DNA of 64,000 bases from Nymphaea colorata. Taxonomy: Eukaryota. The notes under the pieces were generated by a model that saw only the letters and a program-made list of their open reading frames with translations, made no database searches and was not told the DNA's origin. The stretch covers positions 6,944,001 to 7,008,000 of the forward strand of contig NC_045138.2 in the NCBI RefSeq assembly GCF_008831285.2, in the 5' to 3' direction. The translations under genes were made by a program, and so were the position numbers. Each line of letters begins with the position of its first letter. The first letter of the stretch is position 1. Positions 12,737 through 24,290 of this stretch are shown here, one piece after another.

Positions 12737-15537
12737 TAGTCCACTTGCAACACCTTCGACTCGACGAAGTAAGAGTCTCCATGAGTGGCAGGGATATGAG
12801 CATGGCCTTAGTGTCTTCACCATCTCTCCAGAAATTGCAGACGCTCACCTTGTCTGACTGTAACATTTCTGGTCCATTGGTCGACTCACTTGATCTTCAG
12901 TTGCAATCACTATCTAACTTGGATTTAGGTCACAATGACCTGCAACGTGTGCCCAAGTTCGTGGAAAACCTCACCTCCTTAACCATTCTCAAGTTGTCCA
13001 GTTGTGGGCTACAGGGAAACTTTCCTTGGAGCATTTTTTTGCTGCCTAAATTGGTGATTCTTAATGTTTCAGACAATGTTCATTTGGCAGTAACATTGCC
13101 ACCAGGAAACCTTACAAGGAGCGTCAATATTAGAGATCTGCAGCTCGCTTCTTTCAAAGAGCTGTCTGTTGGCCTCTTGATGCCCTCAAAGCCCCCACCA
13201 CAGCCACCGATAGATCTGAGAGCAAATAAAATGAAGGAAGCTATCGTGTCATCTTGTCGTTCGAGTAGAGTTTCCATCAGGAACTCATCCACCAACAATC
13301 CACCAGGTTTGATCCCCGAAGGTTTATGCTCATTTCGCCACCTTAATTATTTATGACTTAATGACAACTCCTTCAATGGAACAATTCCAACGTGTTTTTC
13401 CAGTCTTTCCACCCTTGTGGTGTTAGTTCTCAGTAATAATAGCTTAATCGGAAGCATCCCATCATCACTTTTCACCCTTCCTTACTTGACAATGTTAAAC
13501 CTTAGATATAATATGTTGAGTGGTTCACTCCCTGTTTTCTATAATCCAACTTCAAAATTGGCATATCTTTCCCTTGATAACAATTTGTTAAGCGGAGATA
13601 TCTTATTTTTCATGCATAGACTACCTTCTCTACAAACAGCTAGCTTTTCCTCCAATGATTTCACTGCGGTCTTCAATCTTTCGCATTTTTTGAGTATGAA
13701 GGGCTTAGTCTTGTTAGACCTCTCCAATAACAGAAGATTAAGGTTGGAGTTAATATCCAATTACAATAATTATGATGGACATGAGCACCCTTCCATAAAT
13801 CCCTGGCAGATGCAGTTCTTAAACCTAAGTTTTTGCAACATCCAAAGTTTTCCCAAGTTCATTTGTGAATTAGGGCAGCTTCAGCATCTCGACCTTTCTG
13901 GTAACAACATGGGAGGGAAAGTACCATCTTGTTTATGGAGCATTACTGGTTTAGAATCTCTAATTCTTGATCATAACAAGCTAGATGGATTTCTGGAGCC
14001 AGCCAATTTCATCACAAGGGTTATTGGCAGTCAATTGTTTTTCTTGACAGCTTCAAACAACCAAATCAGTGGATCAATCCCACTTTTTCTTTGCAACTTT
14101 ATTGTTGAATCTAGCATTTTGGACATGTCAACCAATGCTCTCACAGGTGCAATACCAAATTGCCTTTGCAAAGCAACTCGATTGAAACTTAGAAAGAACC
14201 AATTACAAGGACATATTCCGATTGGATTCAACGATATGGAACTCCTTGACTTGAATGGCAATAACTTGATTGGCAAAATTCCAAAATCCCTTTCCAATTG
14301 CACAAGCTTGGAAGCTCTAGATTTGGGTAACAATGAATTAGAAGACACATTTCCCAATTGGCTAAGCCAACTAAGCAAGCTAAAAGTACTGGTTTTAAGA
14401 TCAAACCATTTTTATGGACCCATTCCTGCCTTCGGTTCACTACATTCATTTCCAGCATTGAAGATTTTGGACATATCTAGCAATCACTTTTCTGGGAATC
14501 TGCCACGTGAATTGTTTAAAGGACTTGAGGCCATGAAGAGTAAAGCTTTAGGGGGTGAGGATGTATTTTCAAGAGAGTATGGTGTTCATGTGTCTGAAGT
14601 CTTCTCTTACATCTATCACTTACATTGTCAAGTGGAGGAAAGAATTAAAGGAAAGATTTATTCCATAACAAGTTCGACATGGCCCTTCAATAATATTATT
14701 GAAGTGTCCAACAATAACTTTTTTGGGGAAATTCCTATCGAGATAGGAATGTTGAACTATTTGCGTGGATTTAATGTTTCTGACAACCATCTAAATGGCT
14801 TCATCCCCAATTCATTTGGCAATCTTCTGCAACTAGAGTGGTTGGAACTTTCGCAGAACCAACTAACAGGAACCATACCAGAGGGGCTTGCAGATCTCAC
14901 ATTTCTTTCCATCTTAAACTTATCATATAATGATTTGCAGGGAAGGATACCTCAAGAAAAGCAATTTAGCACTTTCGATTCATCTTGCTTTAAAGGAAAC
15001 CCGAAGCTTTGTGGCCCACAGATCAAGAGAGCATGCCCTACTAAAACGAACGGTCACAATGACAATATGAGCAAGCAAGAGGAGGAGACAGGGGTCTGGA
15101 TGTATGGATTGGTTGGAATAGGATTTGCAGTAGGATTGATGACCATAACTCTGCCCCTTGTATTCATGGAAAGTATACAAAACTGGTGTTGGGATCAAAC
15201 TGACAAGATGATACAATTTATCGGGATCAAGATGCAAATTCGTCATTCAAAATTTGGCACGCATAGGATCCCATGAAAGTGTGTGTGTTTGTTGGTGTTA
15301 GAGAGTCAAAACTGTCTTCAGATGTTTGTTCTTGAGCTTGTGTCTTTTAGCATGCAGTTGAGCATGATAGAATTTTTTCTCTCTTTTTTCAGTTTGAAGA
15401 TGTAATAATGTATGCTTATGTATGCATAGTTTTTTGCTTTTGCTTGGTCTTGTCGTCGGTGCAACAGACTTTTAATGCTGATTATATTACTTGAGTTTAA
15501 CAAACTTATGGTGCATTTACTTGAGCTTTTGCTGCAT

Positions 15538-15756
15538 CAAACTTTTCCCAAATTCATTTGCGAACTAGAGAGCCTTATGCATCTCGACATCTCTAATAAC
15601 AACATAGAAGGGAAAATGTCATGTTTGTGGATCAATACCATGTTACAAACTCTAATTGCTGATTGTAACAAGCTAGATGGATTTGAGGAACCAACCAACG
15701 TCACTAAGACCGTTGGCACTCAATTGTCTCTTTTGACAACCATGTGCCCTCTTTAA
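15538..15756 (+). pseudogene. Fragment of a second, diverged RLP paralogue (internal LRRs)
   Basis: QTFPKFICELESLMHLDISNNNIEGKMSCLW..NKLDGFEEP aligns with QSFPKFICELGQLQHLDLSGNNMGGKVPSCLW..NKLDGFLEP at about 13843-14050. Confidence 0.85.
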
Positions 15757-16134
15757 TCGACCTTTGAAACCCAGAGCAAGTAACACCATAAGGATCGAAC
15801 TGAAGATGTGTGTTGATGGCACACCGCCCATCCTACCAGCTATGATGTGCCCATGGAGGCAGTTAATTACATATGCAAACTTAATACTGAAATCAAGAAG
15901 GATCCAGCAAATCTGATAAAACATCCCACAATCCTTTACAAGCGGGTTGCAGGGGTTGATGTTTTAGAAGTTTAATAATAGTCATGTCCGCAAATACTAT
16001 TTTATATAGAAAATTTTTGCGACTCTGTTTTACCTAGTTAGTTGAGATTCAAAATATAATTATATATATATATATATGTAAAAGGTACTTTATTTAATCA
16101 GTTAAATAAAAGACGATGGAATTTAAACTTCACG

Positions 16135-16415
16135 CAGATTCATCCTAAATTTGTTAATCATATGATCCCATAAAAGGTGTGCATATCCATTGGTGTTAGG
16201 CAGTCAAAGTTGTCTTCAGATGTCGTTCATGAGCTCGTGTCTATATCAACATGTTGAGAAAGATAGAATTGTCTTTTCATTTTTTCAGTTTCAAGCCATT
16301 TTCATGTATGTGTGTGCTTAGTTTGCTATTTCACTTTTACTTCATCTTATCGTGGGTCCAATAGATGCTTAACGCTAGGCATGCTACTTGAGTTTAACAA
16401 ACATAACTGGTACAT
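16135..16415 (+). pseudogene. C-terminus and 3' UTR remnant of the second RLP paralogue
   Basis: QIHPKFVNHMIP* (TAA 16171-16173) versus QIRHSKFGTHRIP*; the downstream sequence resembles 15277-15520. Confidence 0.7.
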
Positions 16416-17039
16416 TTTCCATCATTTCTGTGTATGAAAATGGCATAGATGCATACAATTTGTACTTAAATTTGCAGTATTCCTTTCAAATTAAGCGTTC
16501 ATTTGTCTGCATTAACACATGTGAATTAGTGCAGTTACCAAACCGCAATTAAGGTCCCCTTTAGAATTGATCAATGGAATTCAAAGAGTTGTGCTGCACT
16601 ATGTTTTAGTCAATCCAAAGAATGAAACAAACTCAACCGCAAAAAGTTCCCCACACATAGACTCGTGTATAAAACTTCATCCTAAAAAAGTTTGTTTCAA
16701 ACAATTTTTTTTTTTAAATGCAGAACAATTTTTTTTATCAATATTGAAAACATTTTACCCATGGATGAATAATAATGTCATGGCAACTATAGCTTTTGCA
16801 GATAACATCCATTCACAAAATGCAATCAGATGTGATTTCCCTCGTCAACTCAAAGACTAAACTTTTCATGTCCTCCCATTGCATACTGCATAAATTCTTT
16901 GACAGACGTCTTCTGTTATCATGGACAGTAGCATTTCTATTCTTCCAAAGACACCACATGATCATTGGAAAGCAAGCCAACCACTCTATAATGTGGTTTG
17001 TCTTGGGTTCAACAATTTTATTGGGATTTCAGATGTTTA

Positions 17040-18904
17040 ATCATGTGACAGATGTCGGTAAAGGCCTTACTTAAAAACATTCGTACAATTAATGTGTAAC
17101 TTTTACCGACGTCCATTACGCATCATTAAAATTATCATTAGTGACCTCCAGAGTTAACACGTTGATAAAAGTGAAATTATACTAACGCGCAAGTCGAGCA
17201 TCAATAATTTTTCACTAGGAAAAAGTTTCACCGATGCTATAATGATTACACGTCGGTAAAACTATCTTTCTTTTTATCGATGTTTGCAGAATGGATGTCA
17301 ATACAATTACTTTTTATCAATGTCCAGAGCTGGACATCATAAAAAGTTTAAATTTTTAACGACGTTTGAAGTATAGACATTGCTAAAGGGCCAACTTCAA
17401 TGGCATCTAACGCTACACATCGGTAGATGTTGTTTTTTAACATCAGTAAAAATTAATCTTCACTGACATTTGATTTTATACCATGGTGGAGCTAGAAATT
17501 TTTGGCTATGGGGCACTAGTATGTGAAAATTTTCAAACTAAAATATATGTTATTTTAAAAAGTCAAGCAAATCATACCAAACTGTTTGAAATGGGGATGC
17601 ATATGAAACTGTTTGTAAAGTGCTTACAGCTTACCCCAAGATTATTCTCTAACAAGCATGCTACATGAGGAACAATAATTGCAGATTCTGGTAGCTCATG
17701 AAGCTCACCTTCTATAAGAAAAAGCTAAAATTGCAGTATTTTTACCAAAGTGAAACTTCAAAAGGGTTTTTGACAAGATAGGACGGAGCACCTATGTGTT
17801 AGATATAGAACAAAAGATTTTACAAAGCCTCAAACCATAAAATCAGCAGGAAAAAGGAGACTCACAAGGATTATTTTTTTGGAGAAAGACCCCAACGTGG
17901 GTCAAAATTTTCCAACATGAAGGGAAAACAAAAAGAATGACCAATATTTTCAAACAACATAACGGAATAGAAGTTATATAACAATAACATGAAGATGCAG
18001 CCCGAAGACCTCAAACACCATAAGATTCAAATATGAACAAACAGATTACAGAACCCAAACTCCCCCATCTACCAGAATATGAACTCATTTGGAAGCCACA
18101 AAAAAGACAAAAGCAATAAACCAAAAAAAAAAAAACCGAGGGAGAAGATAAACCGTACGCGGGAGGAAGAGACAAAGCAATCGCCGCGACATCGGCTGCG
18201 CAGGGAAGAAGAGATCCAAATTTCAGGCACTTCTTTTGTTCTTCAACACAAAAATCAGACCAAGAGGCGTGAGGCAAAAGTGTTGAAAGGGGGGGGGGAT
18301 GAAAACACAAGAAGAAAGGATTCAAGAAGAAGAAGCACAAAAACTGGATTCCAGGTGTTTTTTATGTTCTTCAGCACAAAAATCAGACCAAGAGACATGA
18401 GGCAAAAACGTTGAAACTTGAAAAGGGGGGGGGGGGATGGAAAAAACTCAAAACATTCGAAGAAGAAACGATTCAATCATTCAAGAAGAAGAAGAAGAAC
18501 ACCTGGCGCCTGCTGGCTGTTGCCGCCCTTGGGCCTTGGCCGGTGGCCCTTGCAGCCTTGCCCTTCGATGTTTCGCGGCTTCGGTGCTTCTCCCCTTCGG
18601 CCTTCCCCTTTCTGAGTTTCGGTGAATTTGGGTGTAAAGAGAGGGCCGATTGTTTGAAGTTTCCTAGTGGAGCTAGATTGCTCATCGCTGCTGGGACCCG
18701 ATCCATTTCTGGCATGGGCAACCCTGCGCCAACACGGGAGTGAGGCTCCATTTCACATGGAGCTATCTTGGGTTGGCGCCCACGCCAGCTCCACACTGGC
18801 TCCGCCACTGATTCTAGATGTCGATAAAAGTTGACTGACAAAAGTTGACTTTTACCAATTTGTCATTTCCTAAGCATTGGTGAATCCATCTTTTTTTTAT
18901 AGTG
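17040..18904. mobile_element. Remnant of a CACTA (En/Spm-like) transposon end, interrupted by a nested element
   Basis: Many direct and inverted TTTACCGAC/GTCGGTAAA-like subterminal motifs at 17040-17480 and 18815-18890; terminus ...TTTTATAGTG at 18904 (CACTA on the minus strand). The other terminus was not found. Confidence 0.55.
17481..18810. mobile_element. Non-autonomous hAT-type element (CAGTGGCGGAGC TIR family), 1.3 kb
   Basis: Left end CCATGGTGGAGCTA, right end TGGCTCCGCCACTG; flanks ATTTTATA and ATTCTAGA (6/8 match); internal duplication at about 18239 and 18368. Confidence 0.5.
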
Positions 18905-18957
18905 TTAGTGACATACCATCTTTTAATGAGAGAGAGAGTTGTATGCACCTGGGTTGG

Positions 18958-20209
18958 TGTCACACCTCAACCCTTTTGACCCTCAAATAGATTTTTTTTT
19001 TCTAAACATAACTCATTGAGGTGCGACGACACAACAATTTAAAAAGGGAGGAGCTATGCAATTTAAAACAATGGGGCAAACTTTCAATTATATAACAACT
19101 TCAGTTCATACAAAAATCACGTTAGTACATTTGACAAAAATGCCTCAAACCACAACTTTGATGTCAAACAAAAACAAGACATCAAAGAGACCAAGACATG
19201 ATATGCCGGCACTACAAAAAACCCAAAACCTCCCTAGCAGGATGTGAGTGAAGTCATCTGATCAACCTGCTACCCCGGGTCCGCCAAAACCTGAAAAATG
19301 AAACAACTGAAAGCTTAGCCTTCACAGTATGACAATAAGCCAGGTAAATCCCTAAACCTTTTAGGTAGGGCTCACATATTAGATATAACAATTACAAAAC
19401 AACTTATATCATGTTGTGGTAGGGCACACAATCACATAATGTGCCAAGAAGCCCCTCACATATACCACAACATACAAAGGCGACAATATCACATTCAATA
19501 GCCATATGCAATTTAGGCATTATGCATCATTCATATCACTTTATTCACATACTTTTCATTTACATTTTTAGTGAATTAACAATTCTTGTGGGTGCAAACA
19601 CAAGCACGTGCACACCACGGGCGGCCTACAACCGAGAGACAACCCCCGTGGTGGCCCAAAACAATATAGATCCATTTCCACTGCGACGAAAGAGCACTCA
19701 TTCATGGATGTGTGAATTTCAAGGAAAGATACTCAGTCTTCCCCAGGACACCCAATTTGGGAAGGCGAGAACCTAACACTCCAAGCACATCACACAACAA
19801 TACCCTGGGACCTTGCACCACCTGTGCTCCGAACAGGCAAGACCAATGGCGAAGGCGTGACAACTCCCAAACACATTGCCACAGCTTACTGGCCTCTCAT
19901 CTTTTATTCTTTCTTATCATTATGGACACACATTCTCAAAATGACCGGCTAGCTCATGAGGTTGAGAGGGCTTACCAAAGCACTGCCGCGGCCACCGCCC
20001 TTCCTCCGCCGGCCCAAACATCATCGCAGCCACCTTCTACCTCCCGTTTGTGCTATGGTCGTAGCAGAGGAAGAGACAAGGAGGAAGAAGAGGGAGACAC
20101 TAAGGAAAGTGAGGGAGAAGAGCCCTTGCATCGGGCTCTCACGCGGGTAAGTTGCGTGTCTGGGTTTGGACCCACCCCAACCCGACCTGCAATGAAAACA
20201 AGTGTTACA
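18958..20209 (-). repeat. Gypsy 3' LTR (1252 bp, with an internal deletion of about 1.87 kb)
   Basis: Matches 24291-25298 joined to 27163-27400. Confidence 0.9.
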
Positions 20210-20257
20210 TCCTACCCTCCTTAAATAAGATTTCACCCTCGAAATTTAGATCATACC

Positions 20258-23200
20258 TCAATGCATGAACAGATGTGGATACTTATTTCGCATATCCTCC
20301 TCAAGTTCCCATGTGCTCTCCTTCAACCCATGGTGTTGCCATTCCACTTTCACTAAGGGAATTATCTTAGTGCGAAGCACTTGTTTTCTTTGATCCACAA
20401 CTTTAATAGGTTTTTCTTCCATTGTCAGATCGTCTTACACTTGAATGTCTTGAAAGTCAATCAAGTATGTAGGATCCGGTACATACTTTCGAAGCATGGA
20501 AACATGGAAAATATCATGAACATGACTCAAATTAGGTAGTAATACTAATTTGTATGCCACCTCTCTGATCTTCTCTAATTCCTCAAAAGGTCCAATGAAC
20601 CTCGGCCTTAATTTTCCTTTAATACCAAATCGAAATACGCCTTTCCTAGGTAAAATTTTCAAGAACACATGATCACCAACCTGAAAAGCCAACTCTCTAC
20701 GTCGAATGTCAGCATAACTTTTCTGCCTACTCTGTGCAGTCAACAACTTTTTCCTTATCAAAGGGTTTTCGATCTTGCCATCACCCAATTTCATCCAACA
20801 AGTTGGCGATCTGCATAGTCTTCCATACAATGCCTCAAAAGGCGCCACCCTGATACTAGAGTGGTAACTGTTATTATAAGCGAATTCTGCTAATTTCACA
20901 TGTTTATCTCATTTTCCTTTCTAGTCCAAAACACAAGCACGCAACATGTCCTCTAAGGTCTAAATGGTCCTCTCAGATTGCCCATTAATTTGGGGGTGGA
21001 ACGCTGTGTTCAACTTAAGATTGGTACCCAATGCCTTTTGCAATTGCCCCCTAAAAACCTAGAGGTAAAACTTGGATCTCAATCTGCAATGATAAACTTT
21101 GGCACTCCATGCAATCTCACTATCTCGCCAATGTATAACTCTGCGAGACTTTCCAATGAGTGACTGATTCTAATTGGCAGAAAATGAGTGGACTTCGTCA
21201 GTCGATCAACAATCACCCAGATGACATCATATTGTCTCCTAGTGTGTGGCAATTCCACTACAAAATCCATTGTAGTGTCCTCTCATTTCAAGACTCGAAT
21301 ATCGATCCTCTGCAACAAGCCTTCTGGTCGTTGATGCTCTGTTTTGACCCGCTGGCAAACTAAGCGTTTTGCCACATATTCTGCAATTTCACGCTTCATT
21401 TCAGACCACCAAAAATTTCTCTTCATATTCTGAAACATCTTTATACTGCTAGGGTGTATAGCAAATTTGGATTTGTGAGCTTCATCAAGTAACTGACACT
21501 TCACCCCTTCATCTCTAGGGACCCACAATCTTGGTTGAAACCACAATGAACCATCTTCCTCCTGATACCAAGAAGAATCTGTCTTTTTACTTTCTTCTGC
21601 AGTTTTAGCAAAATTAGGATCTTCCTTTTACTTCAATATAAACTCTTTCATAAGAGGATGTCGTATCAAGGCAGTCATTGTTGCTTTATTCGCGCTATAA
21701 AGGTAAGGTTGTCATGCTATCATATCTTGCAATAATGTCCAAGAACGAATCAACATACCACACATTGTTTCCTTGGCATGTCTGCTCAAAGCATCAGCCA
21801 CCACATTCGTCTTTCTGGGATGGTATGATATTTTGAAATCATAATCCTTTAAGTATTCAACCCTTCTTTTTTGTCTCATATTGAGATCCTTTTGGGAGAA
21901 TATGTACTTTAATGACTTGTAGTTTGTGAACACTTCAAATATTGCCCCACAGAGATAGTGTCTCCAAATCTTCAACACGAACACAACCGCTCCCAATTCT
22001 AAATCATGAGTCGGATAGTGCTTCTCATAGGTCTTCAATTGTCATGATGCATAAGCCACTACATGACCATGTTGCATGAATACACAACTATAACCAATTC
22101 CCGATGCATCAGTGTACACCACAAATCTGGAATGACCTGATGGAAGCGTCAAAATAGAGGCGGTGATAAGCTTGTTCTTCAAGGTTTGGAAACTCTTCTC
22201 GCACTCTTCATTCCAAACAAACTCTCCTTTTCTGAATAGCTTAACCACGAGCGTAGCTATTTTTGAAAAATCTTGTATAAACCGACAGTAATATCCTGCC
22301 AATCCCAAAAAACTTCTAACCTCAGTCACATTGTACGGCGTCTTCCAGTCCTGTACAGCCGACACCTTAGCTGGATCTATGGAAACTTCATCCTTTGAGA
22401 TCACATGACCAAGAAAGTTTACATTCTCTAACCAAAATTCACATTTTGAATATGTGGCATATAACTTATGTTTGCGCAAAATATCCAACATACTCTTTAA
22501 GTGATCTCTGTGTTCTCTCACTACCTGAGTACACCAGAATATCATCCACAAAAACAATAACAAATCGATCCAAGTAGCCTTGAAAACCCCGATTCATGAG
22601 GTCCATAAACACTGCGGGAGCATTGGTCAACCCAAAAGACATGACCCTGAATTCATAATGCTTGTATCTAGTTCGAAAAGCAGTCTTAATAACATCTTCT
22701 TCCTGTATCAAGAGTTAATGATATCGTGTCCTCATATCGATTTTGGAGAACACTTTTGCATTCTTGAGTTGATCAAACAAGTCTTCAATTCTAGGAAGTG
22801 GATACTTATTCTTGATGATGATTTGATTCAACATGCGGTAATCTATACATAAACACATTGCTCCATCATTCTTCTTAACAAACAATACGGGTGCTTCCCA
22901 AGGTGACACACTAGGTCGAATGAAACTCTTATCCAAGAGTTCCTGCAATTGCTTCTTCAATTCTTCTAATTTTGCGCGTGCCATATGGTATGGTGCCTTA
23001 GAAATAGACATTGTCCCTAGTAATAACAATTCTATCTTGAGCTCCACTTCTTGTGTTGGAGGCAAACTTGGCAGTTCCTCAGGGAACACATCGAGGTACT
23101 CACTCACAACGGCAACATCCTGTAATCTCACCGGCTGAGTCTCATTAGTCAACACGTTGACCAAGAATGCAACATTTCTTTTTTTAACAACCGTTTAGCT

Positions 23201-24062
23201 TTTAGTGTAGACACCATTATCTTATTAGTTCGACTAGCTTTATGAGTTTAAAATTCAATAGGTTGCATCTCATGAGTCAACATTTGTATTTGCTTCTTTC
23301 TGCAATCTATGGTGACCGCCTCGTCTAAATCGCGAGGTCTGTTGGACATAACTCTGCTTCGCAGTCCATCAAGCAATACGCTTCCAAGTATCGATATTTA
23401 GTAACATATTATTCTAAACTCAAATGATTTTGCTGTAATTCTAGAAACTCTTGCATCTCCTTGTTTCTGGCATGCACTGAAAAGTAAGTGTCGAAGAAGG
23501 AATCTCTAAACTGCTTCCATAAGATCGACTGTTGACCTACAAACTGAATCTTGCGGGTCGATTGCCACCATTTCTTAGCATCACCTTTCAACAGATAAGA
23601 GCCATAATTCACTTTGTCTCCTTCTGGCAGCTTCAGAAGCTCAAAGGTGCATTCAATCTTTCCAATTCATTTCTCTGCCTTGTCTAGACTACCATTTTCA
23701 GTATAGACTGGTGGTTGCATTGACATAAACTGCTTGAATGACACCGCTGTTGCTTTCTCTTTGGGTAGTGCGATGGTGTCTCCTGTTGGAGATGCATGGC
23801 TCCTCTGATTACTGACCATCGACTGTACAAAGGAGGTCAGTGTCTGCAAAGTTGTTAGCAATATGGTATGCTGGTCCACAAGTGGAGTATGCCTTGGTGG
23901 GGTCTGAGCATTTACACCAATTTGGGCATATTGTTGCCCTAATGTACTATCATCCAACGGGGTAAGTGCATCAGAATGGGCCGAACTTGGCACTTTTTGC
24001 GCCTCTGTAGCCGGCCTAGCTCGCTTCTTACCCTTGCGTTGATACTTCATCTGTACAAGCAA
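20258..24062 (-). pseudogene. Degenerate gypsy gag-pol
   Basis: RT ([40 protein letters not shown]); RNase H ([23 protein letters not shown]); integrase (MDFVVELP, IVDRLTKS, AEFAYNNS); C-terminal chromodomain. Many stops and frameshifts. Confidence 0.92.
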
Positions 24063-24290
24063 AAACTCTCATTCTCAAATAAGCTCCATGACTGATCTTT
24101 CAATTAAATCACAGACGTGCATCGTCACAATGTTTCGAAACATCAATCACATTTCATACATATACTTTACTGTAAATTCAAAACCGCGATAAAAGTTAAA
24201 TCAAGTAATGTGTACCCGAGCAACACGGCTTCACAGATAGGCTTTAACTCACATCCATATTGGGGTCTGCCATAGCCCTGATACCAAATC

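Larger units (their letters stand above)
6256..15276 (+). pseudogene. LRR receptor-like protein (Cf-type RLP) pseudogene interrupted by a copia element
   Basis: Signal-peptide-like start MSGRHTTVFLITTLLLIP at ATG 6256; N-cap (CHLNQSSALL..SW..SDCCRWEGITC); plant LRRs (LxxLDLSxNxLxGxIP); C-cap FSTFDSSCFKGNPKLCG; TM segment VWMYGLVGIGFAVGLMTITLPLVF; short tail with no kinase. Lesions: +1 in the C run at 6306-6311, copia insertion 6827-12736, in-frame TGA at 13354-13356. Confidence 0.9.

Noticed and set aside
13417..15276. Stand-alone 619-aa LRR gene
   Set aside because: Starts at GTG with no signal peptide and is in frame with the upstream LRRs across one TGA; it is the 3' part of the pseudogene.
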